Assembly: GCA_019509785.1 (NCBI GenBank)
Contig: JAEKLQ010000027.1
Span: 25,755 to 89,754 of the forward strand
Length of the DNA stretch: 64,000 bases
Source: Fibrobacterota bacterium
GTDB taxonomy: Bacteria; Fibrobacterota; Fibrobacteria; UBA11236
Direction of reading: 5' to 3'
Position numbers and translations under genes: made by a program
Shown here: one piece after another, positions 30,861 through 40,767 of the stretch
Layout of the letters: every line of letters starts with the position of its first letter
Position numbering within the stretch: the stretch's first letter is position 1
Notes under the pieces: model-generated
What the model saw: only the letters and a program-made list of their open reading frames with translations
What the model was told of the DNA's origin: nothing
The model's database searches: none

Positions 30861-31567
30861 TCCTGCGGGTCCTCAAGATCCTGGCCTACATGCTGGAGAG
30901 CATGTTCGGTTACGTGTGGAATCGGCTTACCAGGGCCATGGATCCCGAGGTTTGGCTGACGCGCCAATTCCGGCGATGGACCGGATACGTTCTGGAGGTG
31001 TTCGACGCCGATGTGGCCATGGAAGGGACCGAGTATTTGGCCCAGCACCCCGGCCGTAAAATCATCATCATGTCCAACCACCAGAGCCAACTCGACATCC
31101 CGTGCCTGGCGAAGGCGGCGGATCGCTTGATCGGGTTCGTGGCCAAGCGCGAATTGTCGCGCGTGCCGCTTCTGAATTACTGGATGCGGCAGATCGGCTG
31201 CATATTCATCGATCGCACCGACAAGCGCGGCGCCCATCAAGCGCTGGAGAAGGCCGCGAACGCCATGTCGGACAAGCCCCTGGTCGTTTTTCCGGAAGGT
31301 ACGCGCAGCAAGGACGGCAGCCTGCTGCCCTTCAAATTGGGAGGGACGCGGTTGGCCCTTCTGGCGCAGGCGGTCATCGTTCCGGTACGCATCGAAGGTT
31401 CCCGTGACGCCGTCGAAAAACGCAAGCCCGGAGCGCGCCGGATTCCCGTGCGGCTCAAGGTTTTCCCGCCTTTCGACACCCAAGGGCTGGACGGGGGCAA
31501 GGCATCGCAAGTCCGAATCAAGGAATACGTGGAACGATGTTGGCACGGCGGCAACGCACCCAGCTGA
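30857..31567 (+). CDS. plsC: 1-acyl-sn-glycerol-3-phosphate acyltransferase (PlsC family)
   Basis: NHQSQLD (HX4D acyltransferase motif), FPEGTRS and VPVRIEG motifs. Only this C-terminal part of track ORF 29843..31567 is real. Confidence 0.8.
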   Translation: MILRVLKILAYMLESMFGYVWNRLTRAMDPEVWLTRQFRRWTGYVLEVFDADVAMEGTEYLAQHPGRKIIIMSNHQSQLDIPCLAKAADRLIGFVAKRELSRVPLLNYWMRQIGCIFIDRTDKRGAHQALEKAANAMSDKPLVVFPEGTRSKDGSLLPFKLGGTRLALLAQAVIVPVRIEGSRDAVEKRKPGARRIPVRLKVFPPFDTQGLDGGKASQVRIKEYVERCWHGGNAPS

Positions 31568-32295
31568 ACCGGGCCCTGTCCAAGCTGGGCCTGTGTTCCC
31601 GCGGCTTGGCCGCGGCTTGGATCGCTCAAGGCCGGGTGCGGGTCAACGGCGAGATCGCATCCTCCCCCGAACAATGGGTCGAGTTGGGATCGGATCGGAT
31701 CGAGGTCGCCCCGGGGGAAACCGTCGGGGCGGGGGAGAAGGGTAACGCACCTGCTACCCCGGCGGCCCGCATCTACCTGTGCATGCACAAGCCGCCCGGC
31801 TACGTGACCTCCCGCAGCGATGAAATGGGCCGCAAGACCATTTATGATCTGCTCCCGCCGGAATGGCGGGGCGGTTGGATTTTCCCGGTCGGCCGGCTGG
31901 ATCGGGATTCCGAAGGGCTCCTGCTCCTGACCAACGACGGGGCCTGGTCCGATTTGCTGACCGATCCCGCGCGCCACGTGGCCAAGGTCTACCGAGTGAA
32001 GCTGGACCGCCGTCCCGGCCCCTTGGATCTGGAGCGCTTCCGCTCCGGCATCGATCTGGATGGGCGGCCCACCGCCCCGGCGGGAGTCGTAGCCGAAGGT
32101 GGAGGCTGGTATCGCGTAACCCTCACGGAAGGGCGCAACCGCCAGATCCGGCGCATGTTCCATGCGCTGGGTTATAAGGTCAGGCGTCTGGTCCGGGTCT
32201 CGATCGGGTCGTTGGAACTGGGCGAGTGCGTCCCCGGAACGGTGAGGCCGCTGACGGAGTCGGAAACCGAAGGGTTGGCGGAGCCCGCGCGCTAG
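31537..32295 (+). CDS. Pseudouridine synthase, RsuA/RluB family (S4 domain plus catalytic domain)
   Basis: S4-like LNRALSKLGLCSRGLAAAWIAQGRVRVNG. Catalytic GRLDRDSEGLLLLTNDG and EGRNRQIRRMF. 31-nt overlap with plsC. Confidence 0.85.
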   Translation: MLARRQRTQLNRALSKLGLCSRGLAAAWIAQGRVRVNGEIASSPEQWVELGSDRIEVAPGETVGAGEKGNAPATPAARIYLCMHKPPGYVTSRSDEMGRKTIYDLLPPEWRGGWIFPVGRLDRDSEGLLLLTNDGAWSDLLTDPARHVAKVYRVKLDRRPGPLDLERFRSGIDLDGRPTAPAGVVAEGGGWYRVTLTEGRNRQIRRMFHALGYKVRRLVRVSIGSLELGECVPGTVRPLTESETEGLAEPAR

Positions 32296-34009
32296 CGGAA
32301 CTGTACTTGGATCGTTGTATCCCTCACGCCGTAATGATCGTCTTCGGCTTGGATGCGTATGGGTATGGAGGATCCTGCGGAGGGAAGGGGGAACGTATGC
32401 TTGTAAGGCGGTACTTTCGTGAAGGGGGTGGCCGGAGACGTTTCCCGTTCAAAGGTGTCGTTCGACCAAAAGACTATCACCTGGGTGAGGCTATCGCCCC
32501 TGCTTTTATCCGCATCCGTCACCGTCAGATCGAAAGTCACCGTCAGGGAGTCCCCGGCCGGAGTGGCAGCGGGTATAAGATTCTTGATCACGATCGAAGG
32601 CGGGGTATTCTTCACGACCGTGAAGCTGGGCACGGGAACGGGAATCGAATCCTCGCAATCATCGATGATCCAGCCTTTCGAATCGTATTGCCCCGCAGTC
32701 GTGAACTGTTGCGTCCACTGGCTCGTGGCCGTGGGGGACGGTTCGGGGTTGAACCAGGGATTGGCCGCGAGGGTCGTTTCATCTTTTCGGGTCCAAAACA
32801 GATCTATCCTTTCGATGCCTCCATCCGTGTCATGGCCGTGGACCTCGAAGGTGAGCGGATCCCCTTCGAGATAAGTCGATGTCGGATTCGGATCCAGAAG
32901 CCTGGCCCACCCCGTGGGAGGCACGTTGGTATGGGTCCTCAATGTGAGGGTGTCCTTCGCCTTTTCCCCGTTCTTATCGGTGATTTCGATGGCTAAGAGA
33001 TTATAGTAGTCGGTGCTGTTATCGGAATTGGGCAACCCCCCCTGCGCGTCCGGCCGAGGCGGGATGATTTCGACTTTGGCGAAATCATGCCCTGGAACCA
33101 CCGTGCAAGACAGAAGCGTGTCCATCGTCCGGAGGGTTGGCGCGTTAATGGTCCATAACCTGATCGAATCGCATCCCCCGTCCGAATCATCGGCTTTGAA
33201 ATGGACGGGTTCTATGAGTCGAATGCCGGCTCTATCGCATCCGGCCCGGATATAGCGGGCCCTCTCGCTCGCATCGAACTGGGCATAGGGCTTGATGTTA
33301 CGGACCCACTCGAAGGGCATGGTGTCGATGCCGACCAGGTAGCCGCCGCTTTTGCTCATGGCCATGAGCGAATACACCTTGAGGATGACCGTGTCGGGGC
33401 CGGGTTGGACCCCCGTCTCGGTCGACGCCCTGGGCCGGAAGCGCGGCGAGTAGGATTCCGGGTCCAACTGGACATGGTCCACCCAGCGCCCATGGCTCAG
33501 CCGATCGGTATGCAAGAAGGTCCATTCGTAACGGAACCGCCCATTAGTGTCCGCCGGGGTGGCTTGCCAATCCAAGTCCAACGGAAACCGCACCACGCCC
33601 CCGTCCGGCCGCGGGATACCCACCTTACGGATGATTTCCGCTGGCGGATACCAATCGGCGAGGCCGCGGCGCGCCAGCCTGGCGACCGCATGCGCGCCGG
33701 CCTTGGTCAGGTGAACGCTCGCCACGCTATCGAAATACCACTCATGGCCGCAAGTGAAGGCGTACTGGCCGGTGGGCCCGGCGACGATCCGGAAAACGCC
33801 TTGTTCATCGGTGATAGCCGAGACGGACTGGCTGGAATCCATGCACGAGGCGCCGGCCAACGCTTCGCCCGTCCAGGCATCGACCACCTTCACTTCCAGG
33901 TCGGCCCGGCTCAGCGTCTTGTTATCTACCAGGTTGTCCCAGTAATCGCACCCGCCCGCTGCCAGGAGCACGGCGGCCGCGGCGGCCCATCCGGCGCGGG
34001 CGAAACTCA
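32292..34009 (-). CDS. Hypothetical lipoprotein (Ig-like beta domains), last gene of the kinase/EBP operon
   Basis: Probable GTG start overlapping the EBP stop (GTGA), giving VSFARAGWAAAAAVLLAAGGC lipoprotein signal. The track's ATG at 34115 would overlap the EBP by 108 nt. Confidence 0.55.
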
Positions 34010-35938
34010 CCCTTCTTCCCCTTCGGAGGCGTCCACGTCCTGATCCCCGACCAGCTTGTATTTGCGAAGCATGCTCTTGCAGGTGTTGCGGGAGATCTGC
34101 AAGTGCTCGGCGCAACGGGTGATGTTGCCTTTGTAAGCCTTGAGGCAGCGGCGCAGCAGGGCCGATTCGTACTCTTCCCGGAAGGCTTCCAGGGTTTTGC
34201 CGTCCAAGCCGGCTTCGGCATCCCCGGATGGCCCTGGAGCGCCGGTCGCCGCTTCCAGCCCTAAGTCGGCGGCGGAAACGCGATCGCCTACGTGGAACAG
34301 CCAGGCGCGCTGCAACTTATTCTCCAGTTCGCGGACATTACCCGGCCAAGAGTGGGCGCGCATCGCCTCCAAGGCATCGGGCGAAAAGGACCAATCGGCG
34401 CGGCCGAAATGCTTTTGTATGAAGTGCCGCGCCAGGACGGGAACGTCGTCGGGGCGCTCGCGCAGGGAAGGCATTGCCAGGGGCAGCACATGCAGGCGGT
34501 AGAAGAGGTCCTGCCGGAAGCGTTGGGACTTTACGCGTTCTTCCAGATTGTAATGGGTCGCGGCTACGATACGCACGTCCACTTGCATGGCCTCGCTCCC
34601 GCCCAGCCTCTCGAAGCGGCCTTCTTGCGCGAAGCGCAGCAATTTCCCCTGCAATTCCAGGGGCAGATCGCCGATCTCGTCGAGGAAAAGGGTGCCGCCA
34701 TGGGCGCCTTCGACCTTGCCGATGCGCCGCGCGACCGCGCCGGTGAAGGCGCCTTTCTCGTGCCCGAAGAGCTCGCTCTCGATGAGGTTGGCAGGCAAGG
34801 TGGCGCAGTCGACGACCACGAATGGTTTTCCGGCGCGCGCGCTATAATGGTGGATGAGTTGGGCGATATAGGTCTTGCCCGTGCCGGTTTCGCCCGTGAT
34901 GAGCACGGGCAGATCGACCGTGGCGAGCTTGCGGGCCAATGCCTGGATCTTCTCCATCGGCCCGCCCTCGGCGAAAACCAATTGCGTGCGCATCTGCTTC
35001 AGGAAGCCGTCCAGCTCCCGGTTCTGGCGCTCCAACGCGTCGATGGCCTTGCGGCTCTCCTTGTCCTTCTCGTCCAGAAGGCGGCCGGTCTCCTGTCGGT
35101 GCAGTTCCTCGATCTCGGCGAGGTTGCGCCAAAGCACCGAGGCGAACAGCAGGATCATTTCCAGCAGGTCGCGGGATTCTTCCCGCGGTTCGGCGGGAAG
35201 GCCGTCGGCCAGGAAGGCGATCCACCCGCGACCGGGGGCGGACGCGAAGGCCAGCGTGGCCCGCCATTCCGTGCCGCGCGACTCGATCTTAAGGACGCGC
35301 TCCCCGGAGTCGGGGGTAGCGGAATTCATGGCCTCCCAGGCCGCGAGTTCCAGGGGAGGAGGCGAGGGCAAATCCTTGGGCTTCTCCGCGGAGATGAAGA
35401 CCGTCCGGCATTCCAACTTCCGCGTGAGGGTCTCGGCCAGCTTGACCGCGAACTGGGAGAGCGCGCGCGACTCGGCCAGTTCCGATACGGTCTCCACCAG
35501 GCTCCTGAGGAAATCCTGATGCCGTTCCACCTCGAGCAGGATTTCCTCGGCCTCCCGCCGTAGCGCCGGGCTCTGGATGGCCATGGTATGGATCTTCCGG
35601 TTGAGGCGATCCAACGGGAGCGGCCCTTTGGGGAAAGGATTGTTCGCCAGGAAGCGCAGTTGGATGTCGCCGAAAGCCAGGACGTCCCCGTCCTTCAAGG
35701 CCCAGGCCGAAACCGCCTTGCCGTTGACTACGGTGCCGTTGCGGCTCTTCAGATCCAGCAAATGGTAGCCATCCTCGCGGTTGAGGATATTGCCGTGGAA
35801 GGATGAGACCTTGGGATCGTCCAGTTGGACATCGTTGGCTTCGTTGCGCCCTAAGGTGGTGATCACCTTATTGAGGGCGATGGGCGGGTGATCCCCGGAT
35901 TCCCATACCAATTGCGCCCCGATACCGAAGCTGGACAT
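34007..35938 (-). CDS. Sigma-54-dependent transcriptional activator with N-terminal FHA domain
   Basis: FHA (TLGRNEANDVQLDDPKVSSFHGNI...LKSRNGTVVNG...GDVLAFG). AAA+ sigma-54 interaction domain (GETGTGKTYIA, GAFTGA, ESELFGHEKGAFTGA, RVIAATH). C-terminal Fis-type HTH. Confidence 0.9.
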   Translation of the reverse strand: MSSFGIGAQLVWESGDHPPIALNKVITTLGRNEANDVQLDDPKVSSFHGNILNREDGYHLLDLKSRNGTVVNGKAVSAWALKDGDVLAFGDIQLRFLANNPFPKGPLPLDRLNRKIHTMAIQSPALRREAEEILLEVERHQDFLRSLVETVSELAESRALSQFAVKLAETLTRKLECRTVFISAEKPKDLPSPPPLELAAWEAMNSATPDSGERVLKIESRGTEWRATLAFASAPGRGWIAFLADGLPAEPREESRDLLEMILLFASVLWRNLAEIEELHRQETGRLLDEKDKESRKAIDALERQNRELDGFLKQMRTQLVFAEGGPMEKIQALARKLATVDLPVLITGETGTGKTYIAQLIHHYSARAGKPFVVVDCATLPANLIESELFGHEKGAFTGAVARRIGKVEGAHGGTLFLDEIGDLPLELQGKLLRFAQEGRFERLGGSEAMQVDVRIVAATHYNLEERVKSQRFRQDLFYRLHVLPLAMPSLRERPDDVPVLARHFIQKHFGRADWSFSPDALEAMRAHSWPGNVRELENKLQRAWLFHVGDRVSAADLGLEAATGAPGPSGDAEAGLDGKTLEAFREEYESALLRRCLKAYKGNITRCAEHLQISRNTCKSMLRKYKLVGDQDVDASEGEEG

Positions 35939-35939
35939 C

Positions 35940-36764
35940 TTATTCCCCCCTGGATGCGATCAAAGAGAAAAGATAGGCACCCAGCGCGATGGACAAGGTC
36001 ACCCTTTGGGTCCACTGCCACCTCAATTCGTTCCCGAGTTCGGCATGGCCGCGTATCCCGTCGGCATCGCGCTCGGCGGCGCTCATCTGCGAAGAAGCGT
36101 AAAGCGAGAAAGCCAGTCCTCCCGCTTGCAAGATCGCCAGGGTCAGTCCTTGCTTCCGCCTCCCCCGGTAGAGCCAGCCGCCGCCCAACGGGATCGCCCC
36201 CATGGCCAATCCGATCCCGGGCGGACCGTTCTTGCCGGCGCTCGATGGGAAAGGGGCCGGAGGCGCGGAACCCGCCGATGGGCCGGAACCGGGATAAGAC
36301 GGTATCGGAACCAGCTTATCCGAAGGTACGATTAAGCTCACCGGTAGGGCGGTCCCGGTTCCCCTTCCGGCGCTGGCGACGCGTGGCGGCGAGTCGCGGC
36401 CCGATGCCGAATCGTTGTCTTTGGAGGGAGAGGCGGAGCGCCCCTGTTGCGCCTGGGCGAAGGAGGCGAGGATGGCGCTGTCTTCGTTGCGGGGGAATTG
36501 GAACAAGCTGTCCAATTCGAGCAAGGCGCGGAAATCCGCATTGGCCTCTTCGCTCTTGCCGAGGCGCGCGGATGCCATCCCGGAATATTGGAACAAGGCC
36601 AGGGAGTCCCGATGCCTTAGCGCGATCGTTCGGCAAGTTTCGAGCACCGCCAAGGCCGAGTCATAGCGTCCTTGATGATACAAGGCGGCGGCCCGCTTAA
36701 GTGACGGCTCGGAACGGGCCGTCGCCACCGCGAGCGCCGAGGCGAGCAGCAGGAGGAATCGCAT
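35940..36764 (-). CDS. Secreted TPR-like protein with C-terminal transmembrane/Gly-rich segment
   Basis: Signal peptide. TPR-like helices (AAALYHQGRYDSALAVLE..., ASARLGKSEEANADFRALLELD). Two C-terminal hydrophobic helices. Start overlaps kinase stop (TGATG). Stop is 1 nt from the EBP ATG. Confidence 0.55.
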   Translation of the reverse strand: MRFLLLLASALAVATARSEPSLKRAAALYHQGRYDSALAVLETCRTIALRHRDSLALFQYSGMASARLGKSEEANADFRALLELDSLFQFPRNEDSAILASFAQAQQGRSASPSKDNDSASGRDSPPRVASAGRGTGTALPVSLIVPSDKLVPIPSYPGSGPSAGSAPPAPFPSSAGKNGPPGIGLAMGAIPLGGGWLYRGRRKQGLTLAILQAGGLAFSLYASSQMSAAERDADGIRGHAELGNELRWQWTQRVTLSIALGAYLFSLIASRGE

Positions 36765-38479
36765 CAGCGCCGCCTGCGCGAAACGGAGAATCCGCCATCG
36801 GTGTCCAAGCTCAAAACATACAACGTATCTTCCGATACGAAGAGGCTGCTGGTAATGGCTCGACCCGAACCCGGCGGTTTAAGGGTGATGTTGACCAGAC
36901 CCGGCGCCACCGCCCAGCCGCCTTTCGGCCCAGGGGAGACCCATTCCGCGCTGTCGTCCACGGAGACGCGCGTTCCTGCGGGTCCGGAGATGGCCACCGC
37001 GGGAGGGCGGGGTCGCCGCGGGGCGGCGTTTACCGCTCGGGCGGATGCGCGCATCCCCGCGGCGTTGATGTCCGCGTGAAGGGCGGGAGGGACGCCGATC
37101 TTTTCCGCGGGTTCGCTGGGCGAGGCAGGGACGGCGGCAGGCCGCGCGTCGCTGCCCGATACCGGTCCGGAAGGCTGAGGGGGAAGGTTCGGCCGTTGCG
37201 GCCCCGCGAGAGCCGCCGCCTTCGCCAGGTCGGAAGGGGCACCCGCGTTCCCGCGGCCGGCCCGGGCCCAAGCCAACACGGCGAAGGTAACCGCCAGGCT
37301 ACCGATGGCGATCCATGCTAGGCGTTTGGCAGGCCGGGAAGCCGGGCCCGCCTGTCGATCGCCGGCCGGGGCGGGTTCAGCGCCGACTGCCATGGTGGCG
37401 GCCCCGGACTTCTGGCGCAACGGGGGAAGCGCCAGGAGTTCCCGCAGCATGGGGCTCTCCGGTTGCCGCCGCAAGGCGCGCTCCAAAAGGCCCACCGCTT
37501 CCCGATGCCGCCCTTCCGCGCGCATGCGCATGTAAAGATCGCGGAATGCTTCGCCTTCCGGCAACGGGGTCTCGGACGGCGCCCCCGGATGGGCCCCATC
37601 CAGGCCGAGCTCGTGGCGCAGGGTCGCTTCCGGATCGGCTTCGCCGCAAACGTCGCGATAGGCCGCCTTCAATGCCGCCGAAACTTCCGACGATCCGGCC
37701 CCGTTCAGCGCCGCCCGAACGATTCCGGCCACCGGCGCGGGCAGGCGCCGCAGGCGATCTTCCGGAGGGCGGGAGCGGGCCGTTTCGATCTCGCGGATGG
37801 CTTGGGTAACACGAGTGTTACCGGGTCCGGGATCGAAGAGCGGTTCGCCCAGCGCGGCATAGTAAAGGAGGGAACCGAAGGAGAATAGATCGGAAAGGCG
37901 CGTCCCCGGCATGCCCGCCACGTGTTCGGGGGAAAGGAATGCGGGCGTCCCGACGATGCGGCCTTCGGATGACCGCAATCGTTTGCCGGCCATCCCGAAA
38001 TCGGAGAGCTTGACCGTTCCTTGGCGGCCGATCAACACGTTCGCCGGCGAAAGATCAAGATGCAACACGTCGTGGCCGTGGGCATGCATCAAGGCGTCGA
38101 AGGTTTGCAGGCCCACGGCCAGCGCGGCGGCCGGGGACATCGCTCCGCGCGCCTCGATCCATTCGGCCAGGTTCCAGCCCTCCACGTACTCCATGCAGAT
38201 GAAGGCGGTATCCTCATGGACGCCGAAGTCGTAGATGCGGACCACCTTGGGGTGATCGAGCCGCGCCATCAAGGTGGCTTCGGAAAGGAATTCGTCCGGG
38301 GAAAGGATGTTGCCGGGCTGGGAGAAAGAGGGGATTTTCAGGGCCACGATGCGATTGATAGGCTGTTGCAAAGCCTTGAAGATGCGGGAGGTCCCGCCGT
38401 CGCCGATCAAGCGCACGAGGTAGAACTTGCCAAGCGATTGACCGGCCTGAATCGTTTCTGATCTTTCCGACGGGTCCAT
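36764..38479 (-). CDS. Hanks-type Ser/Thr protein kinase, membrane-anchored, atypical catalytic loop
   Basis: Gly loop IGDGGTSRIF, VALK lysine, DFG (KLSDFGMA), SPE motif. Catalytic loop reads HLDLSPAN instead of HRDLKPxN. TM segment (LAWIAIGSLAVTFAVLAWA) followed by an extracytoplasmic C-terminal region. Confidence 0.85.
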   Translation of the reverse strand: MDPSERSETIQAGQSLGKFYLVRLIGDGGTSRIFKALQQPINRIVALKIPSFSQPGNILSPDEFLSEATLMARLDHPKVVRIYDFGVHEDTAFICMEYVEGWNLAEWIEARGAMSPAAALAVGLQTFDALMHAHGHDVLHLDLSPANVLIGRQGTVKLSDFGMAGKRLRSSEGRIVGTPAFLSPEHVAGMPGTRLSDLFSFGSLLYYAALGEPLFDPGPGNTRVTQAIREIETARSRPPEDRLRRLPAPVAGIVRAALNGAGSSEVSAALKAAYRDVCGEADPEATLRHELGLDGAHPGAPSETPLPEGEAFRDLYMRMRAEGRHREAVGLLERALRRQPESPMLRELLALPPLRQKSGAATMAVGAEPAPAGDRQAGPASRPAKRLAWIAIGSLAVTFAVLAWARAGRGNAGAPSDLAKAAALAGPQRPNLPPQPSGPVSGSDARPAAVPASPSEPAEKIGVPPALHADINAAGMRASARAVNAAPRRPRPPAVAISGPAGTRVSVDDSAEWVSPGPKGGWAVAPGLVNITLKPPGSGRAITSSLFVSEDTLYVLSLDTDGGFSVSRRRR

Positions 38480-38686
38480 GGATGTCTTCGTGGTTCGTTA
38501 TTGATCGAAATATTCGGAAAATCGTCGAAAATTGGCCGAATCTAATATAGCGGGCCCCCGGGGTTTCTACAACCCAATCCTCCCAAAGCCCAGGTCGATA
38601 TGCTGGATCCGTTCTCCGCGGGGAAACACCAAGCTGCCTTGCACCATGCGGCTTGGTACTTAAGGCCCCGGCGGAAGGGCCGGATT

Positions 38687-39595
38687 TCAGGGATGGGCCG
38701 AAAACAGGGGCGCGGACTGCTGATCCGCGTTGTAGCTGGAACGCACCATCGGCCCGGAGACGCAAATACGGATGCCGTTTTCCAGGGCATGGACGCGCAG
38801 CGTCTCGAACTCCGCCGGGGGTACATAGCGCTCAACGGGGAGATGGTCGCGGGTGGGTTGGAGGTACTGCCCCATGGTGAGGATGTCGACCTTGAGCGAG
38901 GCGACATAGGCGATCATCTCCTTCAGCTCCTCCCCGCTTTCTCCCAAACCCAGCATCAGGCTGGTTTTGGTGCGGAAACCGCGCCGCTTGGCATGGGCCA
39001 GGACGACGCTGCTGTCCCGGACATTGCCGCGGCCCCGTACTGCCTTCTGCAGCCGCGGTACGGTTTCGAAATTGTGGTTGAGGATGTCCGGGGACGCGTC
39101 GAGGATGCGATCGATCAAGCCGACGTCGGCTTGCATGTCGGGGATGAGGACCTCGATGCGGCACTCGGGAGCGGCGGCGCGCGCCGCGCGAATGGTCTCC
39201 GCCCAGACGTCCGCGCCTTGATCGGGAAGATCATCGCGCGACACGGAGGTGATGACGGCATACTTGAGTTTCATGAGCCGTACCGACTCGGCTACGCGCG
39301 CAGGCTCTTCACGGTCATATTCCCCGGGCCGTCCTTTGGGGACATCGCAAAAGCGGCAACCGCGCGTACAGGTATTCCCGAGGATCATGAAGGTGGCGGT
39401 GCCCTTCGACCAGCACTCCCCCAAGTTGGGGCAACTCGCGCTTTGGCACACGGTATTCAGGCCATGCTCTTCCACGGTCGCGCGCACCTTGGAGTAGGCT
39501 TCGCCACCGGGGATACGGGCTTTGAGCCAAGCTGGTTTGCCCGGAAGCGCTCGGCGTACGGGAAGGACAGGTGCGGCGGAAGGGTCGGGAGCCAT
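38687..39595 (-). CDS. lipA: Lipoyl synthase LipA
   Basis: CQSASCPNLGECW auxiliary cluster. Radical-SAM CTRGCRFCDV. Conserved C-terminal RSSY. Confidence 0.9.
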   Translation of the reverse strand: MAPDPSAAPVLPVRRALPGKPAWLKARIPGGEAYSKVRATVEEHGLNTVCQSASCPNLGECWSKGTATFMILGNTCTRGCRFCDVPKGRPGEYDREEPARVAESVRLMKLKYAVITSVSRDDLPDQGADVWAETIRAARAAAPECRIEVLIPDMQADVGLIDRILDASPDILNHNFETVPRLQKAVRGRGNVRDSSVVLAHAKRRGFRTKTSLMLGLGESGEELKEMIAYVASLKVDILTMGQYLQPTRDHLPVERYVPPAEFETLRVHALENGIRICVSGPMVRSSYNADQQSAPLFSAHP

Positions 39596-39618
39596 AATCC
39601 AAAGATACCCATTATTGT

Positions 39619-40767
39619 ATGTTTATTGGCCATCCCAGGCGAAAGGCGGGGTTTTTGAATCGGTTATTCGGCGTGCGAACGGGTCTCCTACTTGCTTTGG
39701 CGACCGCGCATCCGGCGCTCCCTGCGGACTCCGGGAAGTATTCCCTTTCCGGAGGGACCTTGATGGGATATACCGACGGGATGAACGGCGCCGCCTGGCC
39801 GAACGTCTTCAAAGATCCGCTGGGCAACAACAACCGGGCCGGTTTTTACATCAGCCAAGCCCGCTTGAACGGCAACGTCGCCCTGGATAGCACGTTTTCC
39901 GTGACGGCGGTTTGGAACGCCATGGCCATGGATCTCCAGGAAGTCTATCTCACAAAAAGATGGAACGATTATATCCTCAGAGCGGGTAAGTTCCGGGGCG
40001 CGGGCCTTAAATCGGTGACCGATGAAGACGAGTTCGGGCGGAATCTCGTCAATGCCCCGCGCTACGCGCGTTTGTGGTCCTATTGGGCGCGCACCTTCGC
40101 CGGCCGCGATTTCGGCGTTGAGATCGAGCGCGACTTCCGCGCCGGCGGGATCCGCAACCGCCTCTTCATCCGCAATGCGAACGGTGAAAACGTGATCAAT
40201 GACGAGCCTAGCTTCCTGGGCGGCCGGGTGACCCAGGTCTTAGGAATCGATTATGCCCTGGACTGGCGGATTTCCCCCTTCACCGTTTGGGGAGGCCATA
40301 TCGGGATGCTCGCGGATCGGAGCTGGGACCAGTTCGTCGGGAGCCACGAGGGGTGGAAAGCGCAGTATTGGTTCAAGTCGAACGCCGTGGCGGACGGGTC
40401 GCTCAACCACTCCCTGGACATGGGCCGGGTCCACCTTTTCAACGAGGCCTTGCTCATGTATTTGCGCGACGTGCCGCATCCATCGGACTCCGCGGCCACG
40501 CAGTTATGGGGGGGTTCTTCCTTGATCCGCTTCGACCATTCGGATCGCTGGTCTTCCGTATTCCGGTACGAGTTCACCGATCCCAGCGACGGTACCTACC
40601 CGCAAGACGGATTGCATATGTTCACCTTGGGGGCCATCTACCACCCCCGACCTTCGGAACATCCCGGCATGAAAGTCACGGCGGAGTACGTTCGCTCCTA
40701 CGGGGAACAACTCCAGCACTTCGTGTCCGACGACGTGGTCAACTGCCAGTTCCAGATGACGTTCTAA
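39619..40767 (+). CDS. Putative outer-membrane beta-barrel protein
   Basis: Signal peptide, alternating amphipathic beta-strand pattern, C-terminal aromatic residue (…QFQMTF). Confidence 0.55.
   Translation: MFIGHPRRKAGFLNRLFGVRTGLLLALATAHPALPADSGKYSLSGGTLMGYTDGMNGAAWPNVFKDPLGNNNRAGFYISQARLNGNVALDSTFSVTAVWNAMAMDLQEVYLTKRWNDYILRAGKFRGAGLKSVTDEDEFGRNLVNAPRYARLWSYWARTFAGRDFGVEIERDFRAGGIRNRLFIRNANGENVINDEPSFLGGRVTQVLGIDYALDWRISPFTVWGGHIGMLADRSWDQFVGSHEGWKAQYWFKSNAVADGSLNHSLDMGRVHLFNEALLMYLRDVPHPSDSAATQLWGGSSLIRFDHSDRWSSVFRYEFTDPSDGTYPQDGLHMFTLGAIYHPRPSEHPGMKVTAEYVRSYGEQLQHFVSDDVVNCQFQMTF

Noticed and set aside
38600-39658. 352-aa plus-strand ORF
   Set aside because: Antisense to lipA.
40739-40767. 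29-nt convergent overlap between OMP gene and PG-binding-domain gene as a regulatory antisense feature
   Set aside because: More likely one stop or start call is imperfect, or the 40739..41662 ORF is over-called. No structural signal in the overlap.
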